DNA of 60,317 nt, the filler included. It is 7 parts of 7 records of this genome, joined end to end, with 100 filler letters (N's around TTAATTAATTAA, not from the genome) between each part and the next. Parts side by side here need not be neighbours in the genome. Positions count along the whole stretch, not along the records: positions 26,311 to 38,139 come from SRR31156797_29497; positions 38,240 to 44,310 come from SRR31156797_29500; 5 more parts are not named here. The stretch is one strand, 5' to 3'. Made by a program: the position numbers and the translations under genes. The notes below the pieces were generated by a model. The model saw only the letters and a list, made by a program, of their open reading frames with translations. It searched no databases and had not been told where the DNA came from. Below are positions 31,501 to 40,859 of this stretch, piece after piece; within the stretch, counting starts at the first letter, position 1; every line of letters begins with the position of its first letter.

Positions 31501-33723
31501 ATGAGCGCGCCACGCACTCCTTTAGACGTCCTGCGCCAAACCTACGGTTATGAATCATTCCGTGGGTTGCAGGAGGACGTCATCAACCGTATTATGGGCG
31601 ACGGCAATGCCGTTGTTTTCATGCCTACCGGAGGCGGTAAATCCGCCTGTTATCAGATTCCGGCCATCCTGCGTCCGGGAGTGGGCATTGTCATTTCCCC
31701 GCTCATCGCCCTGATGCGTGATCAGGTAGCGGCTTTGCAACAAATGGGAGTGCGTGCAGCCTGCCTGAATTCATCTATACAGCCATCCGAGGCCAAACAC
31801 ATCATCCATGAGCTTCACAGCGGAAACATGGATCTGCTTTACGTGGCCCCGGAACGGCTAGCCCAACCCGGATTCATGGACATGCTTTCGGGCATCAAGA
31901 TCAGCCTTATTGCCATTGACGAAGCCCACTGCGTTGCCCAATGGGGACACGACTTCCGCCCTGATTACCTGCGGCTTTCCGTGTTTGCGGAAATGTTTCC
32001 CCGCGTGCCGCGCTTGGCTCTGACCGCCACAGCCGACGGCCCGACCCGCAAGGAAATCCTTTATCGTTTATCCTTTAGCAACGATGATATTTTTGCCACC
32101 GGATTCGACCGTCCGAATATTCGCTATACCGTAATCCCCAAGGATCAGGAAAAACGGCAATTGCTCAATTTTATCAAGAACGAGCACTTTGCTGAATGCG
32201 GCATTGTCTACCGCATGAGCCGCAAAAAAGTGGAATCCACCGCCGAATGGCTCTGCAAGCAAGGAATCAACGCCCTGCCTTACCATGCAGGGCTAGACGC
32301 CCAAACCCGTGAGGCCAATCAGGCCCGGTTCATGTCCGAAGACGGCATTGTCATGGTAGCGACCATCGCTTTCGGTATGGGTATTGACAAACCAGATGTG
32401 CGTTACGTCGCCCATCTTGACCTGCCCAAGACAATCGAGGCCTACTACCAGGAAACAGGCCGTGCCGGACGTGACGGACTGCCCGCCGAAGCATGGATGT
32501 CCGTGGGAATTCAGGATATCGGATTTCTGAAACGGATGATCATGTCAGGAAACAGTCCCGATGACCGCAAAGCCTTAGAACTGCGCAAGCTCAACGCTCT
32601 GCTCGCTTACTGCGAATCTCCGGGCTGTTTGCGCCAGTCCCTGCTATCCTATTTTGGGGAAGAACTTGAAGAGCCGTGCGGGAACTGCTTTACCTGCATC
32701 AACCCGCCATCGACATTTGACGGGACCATCCCGGCTCAAAAAGCCCTTTCCAATATTTACCGCACCGAGCAGCTTTTTGGCGCCAACTACCTGATCGATA
32801 TCCTGCGGGGTAAGGAAAACAAACGCATCAGTACCCAAGGGCACAACAGCTTAAGTACTTACGGCATCGGAAAAGAGTTTAATTCTGATGAATGGCTCTC
32901 CATCCACCGCCAGCTCGTTTCACAAGGATTGGTAGATGTTGATATGGAAGGCTACGGGTCACTGAAACTGAACGCCAAAAGTTGGGAAGTACTGCGTAAG
33001 GAACGCGCTGTAGCGCTGCGCAAAGACCCGGTACTTGCCAAAACCAAAACCCGCCGCACCCGCAAAAAACTGGTCATCGGAGATTCAAACAGTCCCTCTC
33101 TTTCCACCCCCGAAGCACAGGAACTGCTGGAATCCCTGCGTTCGCTACGCAATACCCTCGCCCATGAACAGCATGTCCCGGCCTATACAATTTTTACAGA
33201 TAAAACCCTGCTCGAACTTGGCTGCTACCGCCCCCAGACCACCGGGGAACTCTATGCTATAAGCGGCTTAGGCGATCAGAAAATTTTCCGCTACGGAGCC
33301 GCCATAGTCGAAGTACTGATAGACCATCAGGAAAAACATGGCAGACCGGACGATCTTTTCCCCATCCCGGAAGACAAGATCAAAGAAGCTCCCACTTCCA
33401 CCCCCAAAAAAGAAGGCCCCACGGTATCAGCTTCCGCACTGGAAACCCTTGAGCTGTTCGAAGAACTCATGGACATCGAAAAAGTAGCTGAATCCCGCAA
33501 CATCAGGCCCGCCACAGTCTATGCCCACCTGACCTCCTGCATCGGAGCGGAAAAAGTAGACGTAAGCGACATTTTGGATTTCGATGCATCGGAACTTGAA
33601 TGCCTTCAGGACACTTTATCTTTTTACAAAGAAGAAGGATTCATGCAGTTAAGCCCGGTATTCAATGGACTTTGCGGCAATTACTCATTTGAAATCCTGC
33701 GCATGATCCGCGCAAGCAAATAA
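31501..33723 (+). CDS. recQ: ATP-dependent DNA helicase RecQ
   Basis: MPTGGGKS, DEAHC, WGHDFRP, YYQETGRAGRDG, Zn module, RQC and HRDC domains. Confidence 0.95.
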   Translation: MSAPRTPLDVLRQTYGYESFRGLQEDVINRIMGDGNAVVFMPTGGGKSACYQIPAILRPGVGIVISPLIALMRDQVAALQQMGVRAACLNSSIQPSEAKHIIHELHSGNMDLLYVAPERLAQPGFMDMLSGIKISLIAIDEAHCVAQWGHDFRPDYLRLSVFAEMFPRVPRLALTATADGPTRKEILYRLSFSNDDIFATGFDRPNIRYTVIPKDQEKRQLLNFIKNEHFAECGIVYRMSRKKVESTAEWLCKQGINALPYHAGLDAQTREANQARFMSEDGIVMVATIAFGMGIDKPDVRYVAHLDLPKTIEAYYQETGRAGRDGLPAEAWMSVGIQDIGFLKRMIMSGNSPDDRKALELRKLNALLAYCESPGCLRQSLLSYFGEELEEPCGNCFTCINPPSTFDGTIPAQKALSNIYRTEQLFGANYLIDILRGKENKRISTQGHNSLSTYGIGKEFNSDEWLSIHRQLVSQGLVDVDMEGYGSLKLNAKSWEVLRKERAVALRKDPVLAKTKTRRTRKKLVIGDSNSPSLSTPEAQELLESLRSLRNTLAHEQHVPAYTIFTDKTLLELGCYRPQTTGELYAISGLGDQKIFRYGAAIVEVLIDHQEKHGRPDDLFPIPEDKIKEAPTSTPKKEGPTVSASALETLELFEELMDIEKVAESRNIRPATVYAHLTSCIGAEKVDVSDILDFDASELECLQDTLSFYKEEGFMQLSPVFNGLCGNYSFEILRMIRASK

Positions 33724-33826
33724 TTATTTAGCAACTTCAGAACAATACATTTGACCTTATTCATGAAAAATGAATAGAATTATACTATTCATTGTAATCC
33801 ATGAACAATTTAAATGCAGGTTCTGA

Positions 33827-34576
33827 ATGAAACAGCTTTTAAGCACATTTATCCTTTTCATTACACTATTTGCATGCACACCGCAGGCTGACGCAATCAT
33901 CAGGGTCAATGTTTACGGTGATGATGCATACGCCCCATACTGCTTTATGCAAAATGGGACATATGACGGCATATATGTGCGGATTCTGAAAAAAGTTTTT
34001 GTACGGATGGAGGGGTATGAAATAACAATTATACCAGTCCCGTATAAACGATTACTGATGGGCCTCGAACACGGCAAAATATTCGCTGCTTTTCCACCTT
34101 ACCTACGCCCAACGGAACGTCCATGGATTGATTTTTATTCTATTCCAATACTTGAAGAAGACTATACTGTTTTCTGCTCAGAAGAAGTACAGGCCAAGCA
34201 GCGCCAAAACTGGCCGGAAGATTATATGGACTTAATTATCGGAGTTAATGACGGCTTCATTTTTCCGCATATTGAAAAGTTTACAATTGAAGATGCTGCC
34301 AGCAATGAAAAAAACATAAAAAAACTTCTTGCCGGACGAATTGATTGTTATGTGAACGACAGCAAATCCATTCTCTACACCGCCAAACTTATGGGTATTG
34401 ATTCATCAAAATTCGTGCAAGGAATAAAAATTAGTACTGAATATGGACATCTTGCCTTTTCTCGCAACAACAACCCACCATTTAAACGCAACTTCATTAA
34501 TAAATTCAATCGCATTATATCTAAAATGAAATGTAATGGTGAAATTGATGCCATTGTTGATGAATTTCTCCATTAA
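33827..34576 (+). CDS. Periplasmic substrate-binding protein, family 3-like (orphan)
   Basis: Signal peptide, DDAYAPY, GIYVRIL, KLLAGRID. Confidence 0.75.
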   Translation: MKQLLSTFILFITLFACTPQADAIIRVNVYGDDAYAPYCFMQNGTYDGIYVRILKKVFVRMEGYEITIIPVPYKRLLMGLEHGKIFAAFPPYLRPTERPWIDFYSIPILEEDYTVFCSEEVQAKQRQNWPEDYMDLIIGVNDGFIFPHIEKFTIEDAASNEKNIKKLLAGRIDCYVNDSKSILYTAKLMGIDSSKFVQGIKISTEYGHLAFSRNNNPPFKRNFINKFNRIISKMKCNGEIDAIVDEFLH

Positions 34577-34610
34577 AAAAGCCGACCTGCTCACAAACAG
34601 GTCGGCTTCA
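34575..34610. terminator. Terminator between convergent genes
   Basis: AAAAAAGCCGACCTG-CTCACAAA-CAGGTCGGCTT. Confidence 0.75.
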
Positions 34611-34634
34611 CTCTTTCTAATCAATCCAATTTTA

Positions 34635-35975
34635 CTACTCAATCCGGTAAGCAGGCTTATTGCTCTTGCTTGGATGAATCCTGCCTTGTTTAGCCAACTT
34701 GCGGACCAACTGGTCTGTTGCAGCCAAGATATTTTTATCACCCTTGATAAGAGGTCGGTCATCGCCCCATGAATCAAGCATATCTGGATCCTTTACTGTC
34801 AGGTGGACCACAGCAGAAAAGAAACGACGCAGGTTGATGAGCAAGGAAAAAGCTTCCTGATCCCGCGAGAGATCTAATTCTTCCATTGATTCAAAAGTAA
34901 CCTCAAAAGGCTCCTGAATGCGGGGATCAAAAACAAGATCATCATTCCAAAGGTAACGGGTATTCAAATGCTGAGTCTGGTAGGCCACGTAGTTTGCATA
35001 TGAACGGGCAGTGCCCACATGTACATTATACAAACCGTCCAGCGCATCACCGAAGCAAATTTTAAGATACTCATCAAGCTCCTTGAAATAAACCCCGCCG
35101 CCCATCTCAACAAGGTCAAATTCATAAGGAATTCCCTTATTGTCAGGCATGGAAAGCAAAGCCAGCATAGTCAGGATTTCCTCGACAGTACCAGCACCAC
35201 CGGGATGAACCTTACCACGGTGGGAAGCTCGGATAAAAGCTTCCATACGCTCTTCAATGGTCGGGAAAGTCAGCAATTGGGTAACCAGCTCGTTTGGAGC
35301 TTCCGCTGCCAAAATCTTCTTCTCGGAAAAACCGATAAAATCACAATGCCCGAAACGCTCAAAGGAATTCTGTTTACCGTAAGCAACCTGTGCTCCCTTG
35401 AAAGGAGCCTTCATAACGCCCACACCGCAACCGGTGATATTTTCCATATCCGGCATAAAAAGAGCGGTCCAGTAACCGAGTTCCTTGGCGAAGTTATATT
35501 CGTCTATAGGAACTTGGTGCCCGCCCCAGGTGAACATGACCAAACCACGCTCACCACGGTACATAAGCCCGGAATGTTCCACAAATTTCTTAATATTTGT
35601 AGAGCGACAATTATCTCCGTCACATGAATATTTAGGAGCAAAAATAATATCGCGAATGACCGCAGAAATATGTTCCACAGACTGCCAGATAACGTTTCGC
35701 CCATCATAGAGACAATCTCTCGGCACGCGGGAACACTGCAAATTAATATGCCCGTTAACCGGAGCAAGCTCAATCTGCATATCTTTAAATTTAACCCGGA
35801 TTTCACGGGTGTCACAGACATCATTCTTGTGCACGTTGATCAATGCACCGATGATTTCAACCATACGGTTTTCAGGATCAGCCAGCCCCTCGGCAAGACG
35901 TTCAATATCAGCATCACTGAACTGCTGCGAAACAATCCTGCGGGGAAGAATGGGAATCTTTAATTCTGTTTGCAT
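34635..35975 (-). CDS. PpnN/YgdH-like nucleotide monophosphate nucleosidase (LOG family, DUF3412 C-terminus)
   Basis: WGGH, ITGCGVGVMKAPFKGA, IEERMEAFIR, PGGAGTVEE, NLRRFFSAVV. Confidence 0.78.
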   Translation of the reverse strand: MQTELKIPILPRRIVSQQFSDADIERLAEGLADPENRMVEIIGALINVHKNDVCDTREIRVKFKDMQIELAPVNGHINLQCSRVPRDCLYDGRNVIWQSVEHISAVIRDIIFAPKYSCDGDNCRSTNIKKFVEHSGLMYRGERGLVMFTWGGHQVPIDEYNFAKELGYWTALFMPDMENITGCGVGVMKAPFKGAQVAYGKQNSFERFGHCDFIGFSEKKILAAEAPNELVTQLLTFPTIEERMEAFIRASHRGKVHPGGAGTVEEILTMLALLSMPDNKGIPYEFDLVEMGGGVYFKELDEYLKICFGDALDGLYNVHVGTARSYANYVAYQTQHLNTRYLWNDDLVFDPRIQEPFEVTFESMEELDLSRDQEAFSLLINLRRFFSAVVHLTVKDPDMLDSWGDDRPLIKGDKNILAATDQLVRKLAKQGRIHPSKSNKPAYRIE

Positions 35976-36065
35976 AATGAAAAAGGAGTAATCGGAACGT
36001 AAGTAAATGCAAGGATAAATTGCATTTCAGGACAAAAATAAATTAAACCGCCACCGAAATTAAAC

Positions 36066-37007
36066 CTACGCTAACCCAGCGAACTCGCAATATTCGGGAA
36101 ATCGGTCTTTGAGCCTGAGTAAAGCCCTCTGCTCTGCCACCACGTATGCCTCAGCGGAATCAAGCTTAACACTGCCCCGCTTATCATGAATCATGTCCTT
36201 GTTCACATCGTAGTGCTTGAAGGTATGACCCATGTGCAACATATCGCGAAACCACTGCACCGCTATATCAAGACATACCGGACGATCCCAATTCTCACCG
36301 ATGCAGGCTCCGGAAGGCATACGCGCTCCGAACGGAACAGCACGCCCCATGGGCATGGTGTCCTTGCGAGCCTTATCCATGTCGATCAAAGCGCACCATT
36401 CATTCAATCTACATTCAGGCAAAGGCCATGTGTTCTCTTTATATTGATCAGAAAGCCCAAGATTATAAGCCCGTCGCTGGGTGTAATCCATGTCTTTATT
36501 ATAAATTTTCATCAAATACTGGTAGGAAGGTTTGAACTCCATATACCGTTCGGAGTCACATAAACCATTTTGGCCAGCAGGGCACCACCAGCATTGGCCG
36601 ATTTCTCCTATCCCGGTACACCCTTGCAATTCATTGTAAAGATTAGCCACGATATCCATAGTTACTTCGATATCATTATGAACAGTGAGCAGATAGCGTT
36701 GCTGACATTTTTCCCAACCATACTGATACCTTATAGATAAACGATAATCCTCTGACGAGGTTGCCCGTTCCATATCATTAGGGTCGATCCCATTCCAAAA
36801 TTTAGGGACATAATGCTCTATTTTGTCGCCAAGATACTTAAGAATCGCATCATGCTTTTTAAATTCATATTCGGCAGTGCACGCTTCTTCTTGAAAATAT
36901 ATTTTACTAATGTGCTCTCCGCTGCATTCCAACAAGGAAAGAAGAGAAAGAGCTGTTTGGTGAACTTTTCCGAAAACGTTAATGGCTACATCTACTTTCA
37001 AATTCAT
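36066..37007 (-). CDS. Hypothetical protein, possibly glycosyltransferase (GT-A)-like
   Basis: N-terminal VDVAINVFGK...LSLLSL and LLTVHND (DxD-like position); weak. Confidence 0.5.
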   Translation of the reverse strand: MNLKVDVAINVFGKVHQTALSLLSLLECSGEHISKIYFQEEACTAEYEFKKHDAILKYLGDKIEHYVPKFWNGIDPNDMERATSSEDYRLSIRYQYGWEKCQQRYLLTVHNDIEVTMDIVANLYNELQGCTGIGEIGQCWWCPAGQNGLCDSERYMEFKPSYQYLMKIYNKDMDYTQRRAYNLGLSDQYKENTWPLPECRLNEWCALIDMDKARKDTMPMGRAVPFGARMPSGACIGENWDRPVCLDIAVQWFRDMLHMGHTFKHYDVNKDMIHDKRGSVKLDSAEAYVVAEQRALLRLKDRFPEYCEFAGLA

Positions 37008-37211
37008 ACATGTTCCTTTGTATCCAAATTTTATACATAGTTAATATGATGATAAGGAGAATTCAATAGACAATAGCAAGATAAGAATAGACACAATAAA
37101 CGTGAGATATTAAAGATCTAAAAACTTACCAACAAAAACACTGTAACATTTCAATGCGTTACATACACCAGCGTTAGTAATTTCAATCACCATCAAAAAA
37201 TAGAGGTATTA

Positions 37212-37991
37212 ATGCCTAAAAAGATTATTGATTTGTCTGTGTCCATTCGTTCAGACAAACCCTCCGATCCACCCGGATTTGTCCCTGAAATTACTTATGC
37301 AGACCACACAGCAGGGGCGGCTCAAATGGCATCTGTATTCCCGGGCCTAAGCCTGGAACAACTTCCTGAGCAAGAAGGCTGGGCTGTTGAATTCGTAAAA
37401 ATGAGCACTCATGCCGGAACACATATGGATGCTCCATATCATTATCACTCTAAAACAGACGACAACACTCCTGCAATGACCATTGACCAAATCCCCTTGG
37501 AATGGTGCATTGGGTCTGGTGTTAAGCTTGATTTTCGCGATTTCACAGATGGTTATGTTGTAACTCCCGCTGATATTAACAAAGAGCTGGAAAGGATAGG
37601 TCATGTTCTAAAAGAAAATGACATCGTCCTCGTTAACACTTCTGCCGGTGAAAGATTCGGCCACGAAGATTACCTTGAAAAAGGTTGTGGCATGGGAAGA
37701 GAGGCAACCCTTCACTTAACAAAACAAGGGATAAAAATTGTCGGAACAGATGCTTGGAGCTGGGATGCACCATTCAATTCAACGGTAAGAAAATTCATGG
37801 AAACCAAAGACCCTTCCATCATTTGGGAAGGTCACTATGCAGGAAGCACAATTCCATATTGCCACATGGAAAAAATGGCCAACCTTGAAAAACTTCCCTC
37901 AACCGGGTTCACCGTAATCTGCATGCCTGTAAAAGTTCATAAAGGTTCAGCAGGCTGGGTACGGCCAGTAGCTCTCATAGAAGAACAATAA
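37212..37991 (+). CDS. Cyclase family metallohydrolase
   Basis: IIDLS, HAGTHMDAPYH, VGTDAWSWD, SAGWVRPVA. Confidence 0.9.
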   Translation: MPKKIIDLSVSIRSDKPSDPPGFVPEITYADHTAGAAQMASVFPGLSLEQLPEQEGWAVEFVKMSTHAGTHMDAPYHYHSKTDDNTPAMTIDQIPLEWCIGSGVKLDFRDFTDGYVVTPADINKELERIGHVLKENDIVLVNTSAGERFGHEDYLEKGCGMGREATLHLTKQGIKIVGTDAWSWDAPFNSTVRKFMETKDPSIIWEGHYAGSTIPYCHMEKMANLEKLPSTGFTVICMPVKVHKGSAGWVRPVALIEEQ

Positions 37992-38011
37992 AAGCTATAA
38001 ATAAAACAAAT

Positions 38012-38042
38012 AAGCCCGCACAAGAGAATTGTGCGGGCTTTT
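38012..38042 (+). terminator. Intrinsic terminator
   Basis: AAGCCCGCACAA-GAGAA-TTGTGCGGGCTTTT. Confidence 0.8.
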
Positions 38043-38239
38043 CAATTTATATCCAAAAATATTATCAATTTAAGCGTCTTAAAATATTTTTCCAGCCCAT
38101 ACATCAAATCAATCCCCCAAAAAGCATTACAAGACGAATNNNNNNNNNNNNNNNNNNNNNNNNNNNNNNNNNNNNNNNNNNNNTTAATTAATTAANNNNN
38201 NNNNNNNNNNNNNNNNNNNNNNNNNNNNNNNNNNNNNNN

Positions 38240-38336
38240 GTCGCTTGTCCTCCTGTCGTTCAGATTTCTCCAGAGCCATAAAATCTGCCTCTAATTTATC
38301 GTTGGCAAATACAACGTTACGTATTTTTTTGCTCAT
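38240..38336 (-). CDS. N-terminal fragment of a small protein, possibly archaeal RelE-like (not in ORF track)
   Basis: MSKKIRNVVFANDKLEADFMALEKSERQEDKR..., open to the contig end; family call is from recollection only. Confidence 0.45.
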
Positions 38337-38477
38337 TAACTGAATCGTTAACGTCGCCTTTTAAGGATTTATATCCGCGAAAACATCCTATCGATCATCT
38401 AGAAAATCAAGTTGTTCAGTTCAAATAATTTTAAAGATGTGTTTTTCTCTCCTCTAATTAAATTTAGGAGGAAGGAA

Positions 38478-38699
38478 ATGGATAATCACAACGAAATTTC
38501 TATCAGAAAATGCGCAAATCCATCATGTGGAAAAGAGATTTACACCGGAGACGACGCTTTAATGCTTCAACAGACCGTCATAGGCATTACGCGACCTGTG
38601 CCGTTGGAAGAACCGAAGCTCTTTCATAGTGAGGATTGCCTAAGGGCATATGTATGCGATGCGAACGATAATGTTAATATACCCAAGAGAATTCCATAA
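38478..38699 (+). CDS. Small putative zinc-binding protein
   Basis: AGGAGG upstream of MDNHNE; CANPSC...FHSEDC motif. Confidence 0.65.
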   Translation: MDNHNEISIRKCANPSCGKEIYTGDDALMLQQTVIGITRPVPLEEPKLFHSEDCLRAYVCDANDNVNIPKRIP

Positions 38700-39032
38700 T
38701 TCGAAGTCAGCTCAAAACCGCAAAATATAAATAGTTTAGTTCTTTTTATTTTTTAAAGATTAGGACAACGAAAAAAATATGAAGTTCAACTGATTTTTAT
38801 GATTAGAACGATGTGCCTTCCAAGGTTTGCGTGACAGGCTCATGGGAAACATATTTGGCACACATGTCTCCTAAATCATACAAATCGGTCGAAAGCTTAT
38901 AAAACTTGCGACAAAGCGTCATAGCTAGTGCCCGAGCAGACTACTACCGAGAGTTTGCACCTCAAATAGGCAGACGCGAGGCAATTCAGTTCAAGTTAAT
39001 TGAATATCGTTGTTCTTTTCGCCCAACTGAAA

Positions 39033-40217
39033 ATGGAGCAGGAATATATCGATATTGCAAATTGGAAACAGAGGTACGCATCGACAATCGATCGCATGAT
39101 GCATCATCCCTGCATTAGTCCTCGAAATCGGGAGCTCATTCGTTCTTTCGTCAGGGACGCTGCGCTTGGAAAGACTGTTACAGGCAGGAGGAAGAAAAAG
39201 ATCGGTTCAGCTGCTCTAGCAGGCTACGTAACCCATCTAACGACATACATACTGTTCATCAAGAAGGATCTGGATCGGGTTTCTCAAGAAGACATGGAGA
39301 CCTACATCGAGGCGCTTGAAACGGATGTCATTAAATCACGAGCACGACGTTTGGTTGGTGGAAAGGCTACCACGGCCAACACTCCTTACAGCCCGAGGTA
39401 TAAAGTCGACAACAAAGTCGTGGTGAGGAAATTCTACAAGTGGCTTTGGGGAGACAATCAACGCTATCCGGAGATCGTCGAATGGTTCGATACCTATGCC
39501 GACGATCCGGAAATCAATGCGCTGACAGAGAGAGAAATCCAGAGACTCATCGATAAGGGCCGATCATCCCTGCAACGCTCGTTTGTTCAAGTTCTATTCG
39601 ATGGCGGTTTTCGGTTAGGAGAGATACTGAACGTGCGTCTGAAAAATGTGCAGTTAAGGGAACTGGGCCAGAACTTCCGAAGCGCTGCAAGTACCGAAAA
39701 ATGCTTTGTCATCCGTGTCCCGTTCTCAAAGACAATCCCTCGAACAATCTCCCTTCCAATGCCGGAAACCACAAAGTGGCTGTCAATGTGGTTAGAGGAT
39801 CACCTGGCACAGCCAACGATAAACAGTGACGGGACGCTCGACGCTGAAGACGTTAACTCACAGCTGTTTCCCATGGCCGACAGTGCGGCACGTCACATGG
39901 TGAACAGGCTCGGGCTGCGAGCTCTCAACAAAAGGGTCTATCCTCACCTCTTGCGCCACTCATCGGCAACTTGGTGGGCAACACGCCTATCTTACTTCCA
40001 ACTGTGCAAGCGCTTTGGTTGGACGATGACAAGCAAGATGCCCAAAAAGTACATCGATAGAGCGGGAATAGACGATTTTGCGGCGGCCATGCAGATTTAT
40101 GACGACGACCGTGCGAAACTCCATCAGGAAAAAGCGCATCTGCAGGTGGAGTTGGCTAATCTGCAAGCGCAATTAGAAGAAATATCAAAAACAAAGCGCT
40201 CACATCAATATTTATGA
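39033..40217 (+). CDS. Tyrosine recombinase/integrase with C-terminal coiled coil
   Basis: Catalytic set R (GFRLGE), K (FSKT), HxxR (HLLRH), W (FGW), Y (KKYI). Confidence 0.9.
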   Translation: MEQEYIDIANWKQRYASTIDRMMHHPCISPRNRELIRSFVRDAALGKTVTGRRKKKIGSAALAGYVTHLTTYILFIKKDLDRVSQEDMETYIEALETDVIKSRARRLVGGKATTANTPYSPRYKVDNKVVVRKFYKWLWGDNQRYPEIVEWFDTYADDPEINALTEREIQRLIDKGRSSLQRSFVQVLFDGGFRLGEILNVRLKNVQLRELGQNFRSAASTEKCFVIRVPFSKTIPRTISLPMPETTKWLSMWLEDHLAQPTINSDGTLDAEDVNSQLFPMADSAARHMVNRLGLRALNKRVYPHLLRHSSATWWATRLSYFQLCKRFGWTMTSKMPKKYIDRAGIDDFAAAMQIYDDDRAKLHQEKAHLQVELANLQAQLEEISKTKRSHQYL

Positions 40218-40314
40218 GAACAAACGAAAAGGTTAACACATGAAACATTTCTACTATTTCTATATACGTATTTACTTATTATGATATCTTTGTGTATCGG
40301 AGAAATGAATAAAC

Positions 40315-40328
40315 GGAAACCTTAAATA
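40315..40328 (+). promoter_or_regulatory. Archaeal-style BRE/TATA promoter for a leaderless gene
   Basis: GGAAAC-C-TTAAATA ending 21 nt before the ATG at 40350; no SD. Confidence 0.45.
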
Positions 40329-40349
40329 CTCTCAATATATTATATTTGT

Positions 40350-40652
40350 ATGATGAAATATTTGTATAAAAAAAGACAGAAGATCTCTGTCAACATGAAC
40401 CAAGACCTTGTTGCATTGGCAGATAAAATTGGGACCCTCACCGGCAAAACAAGAACAGATGTAATCACAGCTTTTGTTTTCTCCGGGATAAAACCCTTTT
40501 TGGAAGATATGGAAAAAACTTGGTTATCTTATCTAAAATTCGGAAACACAAAGAGTGAAAAACGACAGAACCTAAAAGCATTAATCATCAAACTAAAAAA
40601 AACAAAAAAAGATTGGCGCGAGACCACAAGTCAGTGGGAAAAGTGTCTCTAA
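40350..40652 (+). CDS. Ribbon-helix-helix-like DNA-binding protein
   Basis: KISVNMNQDLVALADKIGTLTGKTRTDVI fits the beta-strand/helix/G-x-R-T-x-V-I RHH pattern. Confidence 0.65.
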   Translation: MMKYLYKKRQKISVNMNQDLVALADKIGTLTGKTRTDVITAFVFSGIKPFLEDMEKTWLSYLKFGNTKSEKRQNLKALIIKLKKTKKDWRETTSQWEKCL

Positions 40653-40846
40653 CTTAACGGGTCAAAAATTACGAAACCACTCGTCCAAATGGGAGCTGAT
40701 ACCTTCGGACATGGGCAACCGCAGTAGATTCTAGAGCCTTCTTCTCGGGTTCCTTCATCTATATCGATCCCCTCCTCAAGAGGATCTACCAAAGGGATAC
40801 ATTCCGCATCTTTTATTTCTTCTTTTACCGGATAACTCTTCTCCAT
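40649..40846 (-). CDS. Putative RiPP precursor peptide (65 aa; acidic leader, CGCPC core)
   Basis: GAGGAG upstream of the ATG at 40846, 13 nt after the radical SAM stop; MEKSYPVKEEIKDAECIPLVDPLEEGIDIDEGTREEGSRIYCGCPCPKVSAPIWTSGFVIFDPLS. Confidence 0.65.
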   Translation of the reverse strand: MEKSYPVKEEIKDAECIPLVDPLEEGIDIDEGTREEGSRIYCGCPCPKVSAPIWTSGFVIFDPLS

Positions 40847-40859
40847 TTTTTTCTCCTCT

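Noticed and set aside
38240-40350. att site or tRNA beside the integrase
   Set aside because: No tRNA-like sequence or convincing direct repeat seen by eye; element boundaries remain undefined
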